In this document: one piece after another, positions 34,011 to 57,300 of the stretch
Layout of the letters: each line of letters starts with the position of its first letter
How positions within the stretch are numbered: position 1 is the first letter of the stretch
Assembly: GCF_964204645.1 (NCBI RefSeq)
Contig: NC_134032.1
Coordinates: forward strand, 14,124,275-14,188,274
Direction of reading: 5' to 3'
DNA length: 64,000 nucleotides
Source of the DNA: Tubulanus polymorphus
Taxonomy: Eukaryota > Animalia > Nemertea
The notes under the pieces: generated by a model
Databases searched by the model: none
What the model was told of the DNA's origin: nothing
Seen by the model: only the letters and a program-made list of their open reading frames with translations
Program-made: the position numbers and the translations under genes

Positions 34011-36180
34011 CTATTCGATACGGGATATAAACACACCATAGAACGGGTTGTTTAAACTAAAACCGGTGGAAATTAAGAAAGTTAACGCCGTTTTTAAATT
34101 GTAGTTTTCCATACGAATTTTTGAACCGAGGGTCGTCCTCAACTCTCAGCTGTCACCAGTATTTTGACTATTGTTACCATTGTCAAACACCGATGGACCA
34201 TTAATTAAACTAACCACTGATGCAGGTCACTAGATTTAGATAGCTTTATCTGGTAGTTTGGAATTTAGTTATTGTAAAAATGTCAGAAAAAAACTGTTAA
34301 GTTGTCACTTTATTTAACAATGATGAATTTGGTGATTCCTGAAAATTAAATAAATAGGATACTTTGTCTTTGATTGATACTGACGATTATGATACTATAA
34401 TTAATAAGAGATACTTATAATCGAATATGACCTTTTAAACCCTTAAAAATTAGTTCATCTCTGTTATTGTGGTATATGATGTAGGCCTGCTAAAACACTC
34501 TAATTTATGGCCCACTTTCTTTGCCTCCAATATGCGGATGTAACTGTTACAAATCCGGTTAACCAAATTCTCACTCACATAACTCTCTCTCTCTCTCTTC
34601 ATCCCTCTCTTTTTCAAACCTAGTTTTACAATAAAAGGATTAACTACAAATCAAAAATTTAGATAAACTGAAATCGAAGAAATTAATCCGATTGAGTAAG
34701 TTATAGGGCCTATGCCATGGATCCAGATGAAATGTATTTCATTTGTTTGCTTCTTTTGGGGGATGATCTGAAATACCTGTTCACATTGTCGCCTTTGGGT
34801 TCATATCGTTTTCTAAAATTATAGCTGTAGTTTTTACTACCTCACAAAAAAAGGCTAGCGAGTGTTTGATAGCCATAAATGATACACTGATGATAGCTAT
34901 TTTGTAGGCTTTGTAAAAAAAATCATGAATGATCTAATTAGGCCTTAAATCATAATCAATCCAATTAATACCAGACCTCGTTAAGAGGGGTGGTCTGTGT
35001 AGGGATGGTTTAGAAGTAGTTTATGGGTGAATTGGATTTTAATTGGTGGCAGAGCTCTGGTGTTAGGCGCCCCGTACAGGCTTCAAGCATTCCTAACCCT
35101 GATTCATACCACCAGCAATACCAATAAACAATCGGCTTATCATTGATAAACCCTACACTTCTTGACCATCAACTACAAAGGTTAGAACTGATAAACAGCA
35201 CTAAACTTATCCTTCCTTGTTTTAAATCGTTGCCAAAGTTCAAAGTTTCATTTTGGCCCGACTGCAGTTTCATTGGCTCGGTGCCAAGTCTCGTAGTTTG
35301 TTTGTGACTCGGGGGGGGGGGGGGGGGTTATTTCCTTAGTGAAAGAAAGAAAAAACGTAATCATGAGAAAAAATGTTGTTTGAATAAAAAAATTATTCAA
35401 GAAAAAATGATATGATTTCAAGGAAGTATTTCATTTTGCGTGGAAAGTATAATGTTACAATTGGATAGAATGAGTTGTGTGGTTTTCACAAGGGGGGATA
35501 TTGGACTCGATCGCGGGTGTTCGTAGAAATATCAGTGTACCTGTGTATGAGATAGAGTTATGAGTAATGATGATGTCAAGCGGTAGGGGGTGTTATAGGG
35601 GGTGGTTTTAATTGAACCTGTTAGTGAAAATATGTCTATTTACCTGTACGAATGAATTAGACCCTCATTTGAATTCTGTGAATAAATTTCAAACAGTTTA
35701 CTACAATAACCATTGATGAAACAGTATGTTCTGCATATATGCTTGAATATTTGAAAGGGGCTGCATTCGTTGTTAAGTGTATAACATGATGGCAGCTGAA
35801 GTAGCAAGGCTTTCAATACACCAAAAAATTCAGAATCTTTAAGCTTAACTTTGGTATAATCTTCTATTTCTGGTATAGGGGCAGCAGATGTATTATAAAG
35901 GGTGACTGATTTTCAGAGGGGTGGATGTACACAATGAGAGGGGGCATTGACAGTCAACATTGGGGCAAACCTTCATCAATGAGTGTTCTTACTTCAGCCA
36001 GAACCCCCCTCCACCCTAAGATACAAGACCCAATTCCACAGTTGTGAGTTAAGATTTGACTCACAGTTAACTTATTGGAAATGAACTGATTTTCACTTAC
36101 GGTTAACTCTAACTGATGACTGTGGAACAGGATCCTGACCTACGGGTGCTATTTGGCTGGAAGGGGAGAAGGGAGTTTTA

Positions 36181-36538
36181 AGCCTAGCGCACATCGACAC
36201 TGCGATTGGAGACAACTAGTTGCAAGGCAGTTTTCGGCGCATGAGAGGAACTGGCTGGATACGATCAGTTGCTCGAATGTGTCGATGCGAGCGAGCTTAC
36301 GATTGGTAAGCGTCGATCTATCTCCAGTTCCAGCCAGTCGCCCATGTTGTACTTTTGAGCAACTGGTTGTACTCAATCGCAGTCATATCCGTCGATGTGC
36401 GCGCTCTGGATCTCGACGATCGACACGCGTCATGCAGTTGCTGCAACTGACCGGTTGTAACTAGATTTCGTTGTGCGCGGGGTAATCGTTTGGTAGCAAC
36501 TAGTTGTCTCCAATCGCAGTGTCGATGTGCGCTAGGCT
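36181..36538. mobile_element. PIF/Harbinger-type MITE family E, 43-bp perfect TIRs, TTA target duplication
   Basis: agcctagcgcacatcgacactgcgattggagacaactagttgc and its reverse complement at the right end; tta on both flanks. Confidence 0.9.
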
Positions 36539-37805
36539 TTAGGCGAGATAATTTTCTAGTAGGCCTACCGGTATATGTAATTGGCGTAATGTTGTTATTG
36601 TTCAAAGTCCACCTGGCGTTCAATAGTCTCGTTGCTCCGTACAAGTGTACTATATTTCATTGCGCAATAGATACTGAAATATCAAACTAACGCTGCAAAA
36701 CGTCGCAGAGCTCCACCTAGTGTGCTCTAGTAGAGTTACAGGGCATAATTAGAGCTTCTGTTTACGATTGATTTGAAGGAGAGCGATGGTTTGTGAGATG
36801 GGTGGAGTGTTGATTCTATTTATAGCTGTTTCACTGATTCTGTGTTGTACGCTGATAAACACTGCGACTGCCTTCAATACCCTTTGTGGGCTGCACTGCC
36901 ACTTATGAGGACCAGGTCCGTAAAAGAAGAAGAGAGTAAACCGGGAGAACACGTCTTTACTGTATCAGCATCATAAGACAACTAACTTTATTTCCTTTAA
37001 TGTAAACTACACTAAAAGAGTACATGTGGTCAAGTAATTACATAGATCCATCATCTTGACAGCTGCGGTTCAAAGACTACTTCAAAGAATACTTCGGCTG
37101 TTGCCGACACCCTTTGCACTAACCACCACCCCCCTCTCTTCAACCAGTGCGTATCACATGTACCCCTGACATAAACCTCCAAAAAGTGATCAACTGTTCA
37201 ACCTCGTGTTGAGTGTGAACCTCTACTTTTCGATCACCAGCCCAAAATTCCTGACAGTAGAACCTTTACAAACCCTGATCGAACTCCCTGAATTGAAACC
37301 TGGCAGTCCCGGTTCCAACAGACAACAGATGTTGAAAGCTCTGGATTTATATAAATAAAGATTTTGCCGATCCTTATATTTAAACTATAGAAGGCGCCTA
37401 CATGACTATTACAGCTGTTCTACTAGCGGTATACAAGTATTAGTTTTATATGTTTATTGATGCTCCCAGAATATTGGAATGGGGGTGTAGGACGGTGGGG
37501 GGGGGGGTACAGGGGGTAACTTCAGCTGGTTGAAAGAGGGTTTATTACACCTCACACAATGAATACTAGTTTATAAAGTACAAGTTCTATAATGATGACA
37601 CAGTTGAGTCAATGGGGACTAGCCTTGATAAAGGGTTATTCCAAGCCGAGTTGCACGTGTACAATGAATGTTTAGTATGGCAGTACTGACTGTCACTATT
37701 CAATGTATGACTATAGCCAGCGAGGTGACCCTGTAAGGACAAGACCCGGTAATGAACCCTGTACGACCCCTATCGTCTACATCGTCCCACGTATTTTCTC
37801 TCTAT

Positions 37806-38270
37806 AGCCTAGCGCACATCGACACTGCGATTGGAGACAAATAGTTGCCGGGCAGTTTTCGGCGCATGAGAGGAACTGGCTGGATACGATCAGTTGCTTG
37901 AATGTGTCGATGTGAGCGAGCTTACGACTGGTTAACGTCCATCTATCTCCAGTTCTACCCAGTTGCTCATGTTCTACTTTTGAGCAACTAGTTGTACTCA
38001 GTTGCTCTCATATCTGTCGATGTGAGCGCTCCATAATCAACAACACATGGTTTTAACTGACTAAAACAAAGCTATTTGTCACGTGACTTGTGATGCCCTC
38101 AAGAATATTTGCTAAACCACATCTCAGTTGCTGTCGATGTGTGCGCTACGGACCTAGCGACCGGCATGAGCCACGCAGTTGCTGGTTTTTACTAAATTTT
38201 CGATCTGAGCGGGGTACTCGCTCACTAGCAACTAGTTGTCTCCAGTCGCTTTATCGATGTATGCTTGGCT
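37806..38270. mobile_element. MITE family E, second (longer, more diverged) copy
   Basis: First ~200 bp closely match 36181 onward; degenerate right TIR; tat on both flanks. Confidence 0.82.
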
Positions 38271-39626
38271 TATCTCTCTTGTTATTATTGCGAGTTGCAG
38301 GTTTTTTTAAGTCCAAGTTTGGTGTCAAATTATACGCAGTTATTGCGCTGTATATTAAATCTAGGTCTCACTATTGTTTATATTTAGAAGCTGTAATGGT
38401 GCAATATTGATTATAAATAGTCTAAATCAGCCGGGGAAAGTTTACAATAGTGTACACGGGTTTTTCGGGACACATAGTTTTCTAAATGAGTCATATAGGA
38501 TTCTATTGTTGTGTAGTCTCTGGGTAAGTAGTCTATCGCATAGCTACCCTTCCTAGTCCGGACTATTAGTTCGAATTATGCTAATCATTGGGCAGACCCT
38601 GGGCCCGGAGTTGTACGGTTGTGACTAAGTCCAAAAGTACTGTAGTCTTATATCTTATGAATGATCTTAAGTTGTTAGATTCGTTATAGAAGTAAGGTGC
38701 GCTATTCTATCTAAGCCATGACACTAAGGTTGTTTTGGTTTTAGAAAATAATCATCTTAGACGGGTCTAAGTGTGTGTTATTGCCATCAGACCCATAAGG
38801 ATGAAGAGCCCCTCGACTCTGGTTGGGTCGACTGGTTATTCAGTTTTGGTCGTAGCTATGAATTTTGATATTACGATGTATGTATTCGATATTAGGGAGT
38901 CTTATTCCAACCATTCCAAATCTTCTGACCTCTTCCACAAACAGGAGCACTCCAAATCCTCTGTAGCCAACAACCTCCCTCAATAATGTCTGGTACCATG
39001 GTAACTCGAATTTAGAACTATTTTTTTTTCGAAATATGGATGATTTGAGGCAATGGAAAAATGACTATAAAATGGTTTTGTATTTTCTAATCCCAAATTG
39101 AAGCCGGTTTTTAAAGATTTCCTATGAATTTACTGATGAAATATTTTGAGTGAGAGATGAGATTTTGGAGATATCGATATCATATGTAACTGACTGTATC
39201 AGTGGTATTGTGATTATGATGGCACAGCTGTGTAACACACTATAGTGCTATACCTAGTGAGGGTCCCTATGTGAGGAGTGATAGAGAGAGAACATGAGAG
39301 GCATGATGACTAGAGACAGCAGGAGATTAGATGAATCCCGCCGGGCTTTTATTGAGAAGGGGCGACTCAAGGGATGGTCAGAGGGTTTGGGATGCTAGGG
39401 CCGGTTCCATAGCCGAGACTTATGCCCGAAAGTAGTCTTAAATCTTAAGACTGGTCTTAAGTTGTTAGATTGGCTATAGAACTAAGATAGTTTTAGACTG
39501 GTTTTAAGTCTAAGCCATGACTATGCAACCAGCCCCAGAGGGGTTTTGCTAGGCAGAAGAGATGTTTAGTTGACTAATGTGGCTGCAGCACATACTGGAA
39601 TTGGGATGAGAGGGATCAGGATCCAG

Positions 39627-39764
39627 GGGCCGGTTCCTCAGTTGAGACTTAAGTCCAAAAATGGTCTTAAATTCGAGGACTGGTCTTAAGTTTTTAGATT
39701 GTTTATGGAACTAAGTTGGTCTTAGACTGGTCTTAAGTCTAAGCCATGACTATGCAACCGGCCC
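39627..39764. mobile_element. Harbinger-like MITE family A, intact copy
   Basis: gggccggttcc...gcaaccggccc with CAG/CAG target duplication. Confidence 0.85.
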
Positions 39765-39943
39765 CAGGGGGTTTATTTAGAGAGGTATGTAAGGGAGAGA
39801 GGGTGACTAATTGAGGGTACAACAGGTGATAATATATGTATCTATGACTCATCAAACTATGTGTGTGTATTATATATTACAGATAAACATGGCTAGTTGT
39901 AGACCTGTATAACGAACCCTCCAACCTCCGCAACCATCACAAA

Positions 39944-51854
<11,911 letters not shown>

Positions 51855-52189
51855 CACCGCCGTTGCCACCAGGGGGCGATACCGTCGATCAACCAGTACG
51901 ACCAGTGGCGCGTTGCCATGGATACCACACATCAGGAGTATTTAAACGCGAATTTATTTGATTTTCTACAAACAGATTGTCATGGTTACGAGTAGATAAA
52001 TCGTCACTGTTACCGACGAATTTCTTCAGTCATTGTTGTATTTAATTTCAAACGGATATTTTAAAAGATAACGGGAAAAAAGATCGATATTTTACTGTAT
52101 TTTAATACAATATGATTATTATTTCATGTTTATGAGAAAATTGAAAATGTCACCAAAGCCGGTTTGCTTTCGTAGCCAGTTCTCCAGGG

Positions 52190-52460
52190 TCCTGGGAGAT
52201 ATTTCCTGGAGAGAGGAGATAATTCCTATTTATAGCCAGGCCTCCTCCAGGAGAGAGGAGATTATTCCTCTTTATAGCCAGGCCTCCCCCAGAAGAGAGA
52301 TAGTTCCTCTTTATAGCCAGGCCTCTTCCAGGAGAGGGGAGATATTTCCTGTTTATAACCAGGCCTCCAGAAGAGATATTTCCTCATTATAGCCAGGCCT
52401 CCTCCAGGAAAGGGGAGATATTTCCTGTTTATAGCCAGGCCTCCTCCAGGAGAGGAGAGA
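52190..52460. repeat. ~39-bp minisatellite in the presumed PI4KB 3' UTR
   Basis: Repeating tttatagccaggcctcctccaggagagaggagat(a/t)ttcct, ~7 units. Confidence 0.88.
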
Positions 52461-53256
52461 TTTATTCAAACAAATGTAAAATATTATTTTAATTCAAATA
52501 TTGTGTAAATAAATGATGTACATTCATTCGATACACATGTATATATTGAAGAGCTCGTATAAGTAGATCAAAGCGCCACTGTGTGGCTAAAGAGCGAACT
52601 AATGATGATAATGTTGTCTGCTGCATTTATGGGTCAATCGCTCTAGCAGTGCCGATGTCAAGGTCGGTGTGATCGTTGTCCGATAATGAACGCTGTGTTA
52701 ATCTCACTTTCACCGAGGAATATATCCTTAATTTTATTACTTAGACGTTTGAATTCTTGCCGTTTGAACAACTCCGGACTGGTTTCTGGAATACCGGAAA
52801 CCAGTCCAATCATCTCTCTAGTCCATGACTCGAAAATTTAAATCGTGTTGCCTCTCGGAGATTTTTGTAAAAATCGACATCCACTGCATCGTTGTCAGGG
52901 GTAATAACAAGTCTAATTGTTGTTATCAATGAAGTTACCGTAGCGATATGAATGTGTAAATCTCGTGCAATGTATTTACGGTGACTCTCGACGTGAAGAA
53001 GAAATGTAAAAATTAATTTAAATTGAAAGTTTTTAAACGAATAAAAATCCTGTAAATGATTAAAAAAAAAAATTTGGCGAGTTTTTTTGGCGAATTTTCT
53101 TTGAGTTGTGTGCTTTATAGCTAGGGTCTGACGATCATTACGTTTACGACTAATCCTTATGATTACTTCCCGCTGGAGAAAAGGATGGCTCCAAATAATT
53201 CCAAACTGATCAAGAAAATAATTTAAAATGCAAAATATCTTTATTCATCATCGCTT

Positions 53257-54176
53257 TCACGCGTTGTCGTCTAAATCACTGCCGTTACTTTTTCCTCCCC
53301 CCGAAAAAATATTCCTCAAAAAGTCTTTATCGACAGCCGCGATCGACGGAGATGATTTCTTCGATTTTTTCCCAGAAGACGGCGCCTCCGTCTGCTGCTG
53401 CTGCGTTCGTTTGCGCTGTTTTCGACCCAGTATTTCCTCTTCCGTGTCCTTCTGTTCGAACGTCCATTCGCGCACCGCCAATTTCTCTCCGCTCTTCGCC
53501 GACTTTTTCTCGAGACGATTTTGTAGTTTGCTGCGTTCGAGATTTTGCGCGAAGTGATTCGCTTCGCGTTTCGCTTGCGTAATCTCGGTTCTCATTCGTT
53601 GCTGGTGAACGGCTTTCTCGTACGCGAGACGTTCGTTCAAATGACTCCACTTGAATTTCGGTAGATATTTTATATTCCAGATATCCCAGTACCATGGACT
53701 GCGTTTTTTACCCCCGATTTGAGTATTGTTCAACGATAACGCGACGCGTTTCGCGATTTTTTTGTCCAGAAATTCGATCCATCCTTCGGAGAAATCGCCG
53801 CGGTTTTTAGAACTCGTCGTTTTTCCCTGTCCTGCCTTCTTTTTCTTATTTTTAGCGGCTGAAAATAAAAAGGAAAAAGAAGAAGTTTCGAGTATATATT
53901 CGACCATTAACCGTATTGTTTTTATAGCGAGCGCAGTTCAGACAGACTACACGAACCTTCAGGTTGGAAGAATATTCGATCCAGCTGCCCGTATTGCTGG
54001 AATAAATGGCGACCCTTTTTGACGCTCATATGAGATGGAATTTTACTCAAATATATAATTCCCCTGTTTGATTCATTGCCGGTAGCTGTTAACAGAGTTT
54101 TCGATGCATTTTTGTCGACTTTTTCATCCTCAACTACGTCCTCGTTCTCCATTATGGTCGACGACGCATTGGCCAT
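53257..54176 (-). CDS. ABT1: Activator of basal transcription 1 (Esf2 homologue, RRM), ~273 aa
   Basis: Exons 54176-53957 and 53858-53257. Motifs: GIIYLSKIPSHM, YGQLDRIFFQPE, FSEGWIEFLDKKIAKRVALSLNNTQIGGKKRSPWYWDIWNIKYLPKFKWSHLNERLAYE. Confidence 0.95.
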
Positions 54177-54347
54177 CTATCGGAATTTGGCTGAACTAAC
54201 AAGAATCTATCGGGAATCAAGCGCGAGAACGATTTAGCGGCGAATGTTCGACTCGTGCGCCATCTATCAGATTTTCTACTCAGCTGAGGTCATCCTAAAT
54301 GCCGATTAAAACCGTCCGTCATTATTGTCAGAAAGGTAGCCGGTGTA

Positions 54348-57300
54348 ATGGACTTGAAGTTTTTTGTAGTGGTTTTATTTGTCGGTTTTCTGGAGTTGAC
54401 AGTCGATGTCACTGATGCCAGCAAGAAGAAAACGAAGAAAGAAAAGGTAGGGAGCGTCTGCCTTTTAGATGTCCAAATCTAAAATCCAAATCTTAAATCA
54501 CCTCTCTTTCTTTGCCCTTTTTTGGCTTTGGTTGGAACTATTGCTCTTAAACCATGACAACATTCTTTATAACCAAAAGGTCCACACTTACACTGACACC
54601 TTACATTAAAGGAACTGGGTAAAAGTGCAGATCCGCACCTCTCCGCGTAAACGGTTCAATCAATTACATTAAATATCATTGTTTTAGATTCAAAATGTCA
54701 TCAGCAATTCACAGTACATTGCCATTAGTTAATTTTAAATCTTCACTAGAAAGATTTTAGCCTGGATTCTGTCAATCAGTAGATTGCGTCAATCACGAGA
54801 GGTGCGGATCTGCACTTTTACCAATGACAAATTACAAGTCCTATTTCTTTCGATCTGTAGGTGTTTTTGAAGCAACTCGAATCTACACAAATCGAATCGT
54901 CTAGCGACGCACTTCAATGATTTGTTTGCCACATTTAACCACAAAGCCCCAACAAACGACTGGATCATCGCTCCTCCAGACGCTTTGATTTGATTTTTAA
55001 GATGGCGCTTATGATAGTAGCGTTCGGTGACGGTTCAGAAACAAAATGGCGTCCTTTTCAATTGCAGAAGATTCAAGTTCTGGTTCTAGAGAGTAGGGTC
55101 ATTTTTGTGATTCGATATTTATCACTTGATAGGTGATAGTAATCGATGGAGTAAGAAAGGATTTGATACGAGGTGCTTAAATAAAACGCCTTACTGCCCA
55201 AAAGGTTGCTGCTAAGCGGCCGTCAGTGTGTATTTAGCCAATCAGGATGCTTGTTTTTTAAAGGCACATTTGCTATGCACCTGATTGGCCTGTTATATAG
55301 ACTGGTAGCCACTCAGCTGCAACCAGTCCGCCCAAGAACCAAGAAACATTGAGCAATGAAGGGCTTGCATCCAGGGTTTGTGTTGGCGTCAGCAGGAGGC
55401 AATCAAACCCTGGCAAGCTAGGATATATTGTATATATTGTAAATTGAACTAATGGAAAATCTGTATCAATTTGTGTTATTGGTGCCAGTTGCCCCAGCGA
55501 TGCTTTCTCCGCCCCAGGGCCAAGGCCATGATGTCCACGGCTTGTTTTCTGAATTTATCATTAGTCAAACAATATATTAGAAAATTCACCGATGAATCTA
55601 AGATCGACAAAGCCAGACCTATTTTCCTCAAAACCATACCCTTGATGGGGATTTTTATATACCCCAAACCACGTATTCGTTCTAAAAATCCGACAACTTC
55701 ACAAATCAAATAGACGGCTACAACAGTGAGGACCATTCTCAAAACCCGGCCTTCACGATTCGATGAATTGTCTATGACGACACCCAGTTTGGAGCGTTTC
55801 ACAGTTTTACGTAAGACAACTGTCGTTATAAGGATAAAGTTTATCGCAAATAGACAACACAAAGGTGTCATTACGGTTAGATAAATAAACAAGTACCGGG
55901 AACTTATAGTGAAAGTCCATCGATCAAAAACCTTAGGTGGTAGAAATTCTGTGTACTTAGTAAGTTTCGTAACGTAAGGCCAACTTAATGGGCAATGTAT
56001 GATTTCAATAGTCCTCCGTGGAATAAAATAAACGAAATGTCCACCTGTTGCGACAAGTGAAATGACACCCATAGCGCTCAGAGAAATAGATTTTAGCTGC
56101 CACTTCCGAGATTTGATTGGAAACAATACGACGATTAACCGCTCTAGACTGAGCAGTACAGTGCACCAGTTACGAGTCGTCTGGAAGATATAGAAAAACG
56201 GCTGAGCAACAGTGATGAAAACTGCACCGAATATCCAGTCATCAACGCGGAATAGTACATCACCTAAAACAGCGTAGATGTACGCGGTTCGGAGCGGATA
56301 CAGAATAAACGTCGCTATCATAAACAATATGTCGTTAACGGCTAAAACTTTCACCAGGAAATAAACATCGCTTTTGAATTGACGTAAAACTAAAATCGTG
56401 AATATGTTTAACATGAGTCCGATAACGGAGGCCGGGAAATAAAACCCTAGATATATTAAAACGCTGAATTTAAAGTTCCATTTTATCGGGCGAGCTCGAA
56501 ATCGTTCACACAAATTGAGTGTCACCACTCGAATTGTACTTGTGTTCATCTTATTGCAATCTGAAATGAAGCAGATATCTCCTCAGTCGTTGTCCATTCC
56601 GTTTACGCAATTCAAATCTTGTAGGCCCTAATTTGACGTGTTTTGATGACAGAACGAGAGATATAAACCTTATACGGAAAATGTTGTAGTTTTATTCTAC
56701 TGATAAATTGAAAAGCCAACTTCACGTATTGTGTCACGTCCCGTCAAATTGAGTTCATGATTCTTCCCAATGTTCTATTCAGCATCACGATTAGAATTAT
56801 TGAGTTGCCGAACTCGACCACAATTCTGCTGCTGCTGCTGTTGTCCTCAAAGCCACATTTATTCATACCGTTCTTTCAGAATGTTCTATAGACTGATTAC
56901 ATTGTTTGTCAGTGAATAGTACTACATATTTTACATTCGTTTATAAACCTTTGTAGAAATATATTTTATTATTTAATTATCTTTTAGAAAACGTACATGG
57001 AATTCAAAATAGTTCTCGATTCATATTTTGCTGGCGCACATCAGTGCATGGCTAGCTTCTTTTGAAAAATATAATACTGACATTCTCAGGTTGGTCTCGT
57101 AAAAGTTGACCCAGTGTACGATAGTTCTCAAAATCAGTTCAGTTTATTTAACCCTAATGTAGTCAAAGGGTTGATATAAGAGTTAGGGCCTAAATCATGT
57201 TCAGTTCTCCACTGTTTTTATATTCCATCCTGATTTACAAATTAAACAAAACAACTATTAATTTGTAGAAATTCTTATTTTTTCAGCCGCTGAAATTATC

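Noticed and set aside
36149-36690. Cys/His-containing ORFs on both strands (PSAHRHCDWRQLVA)
   Set aside because: Produced by the 43-bp TIRs of a non-coding MITE; no transposase motifs.
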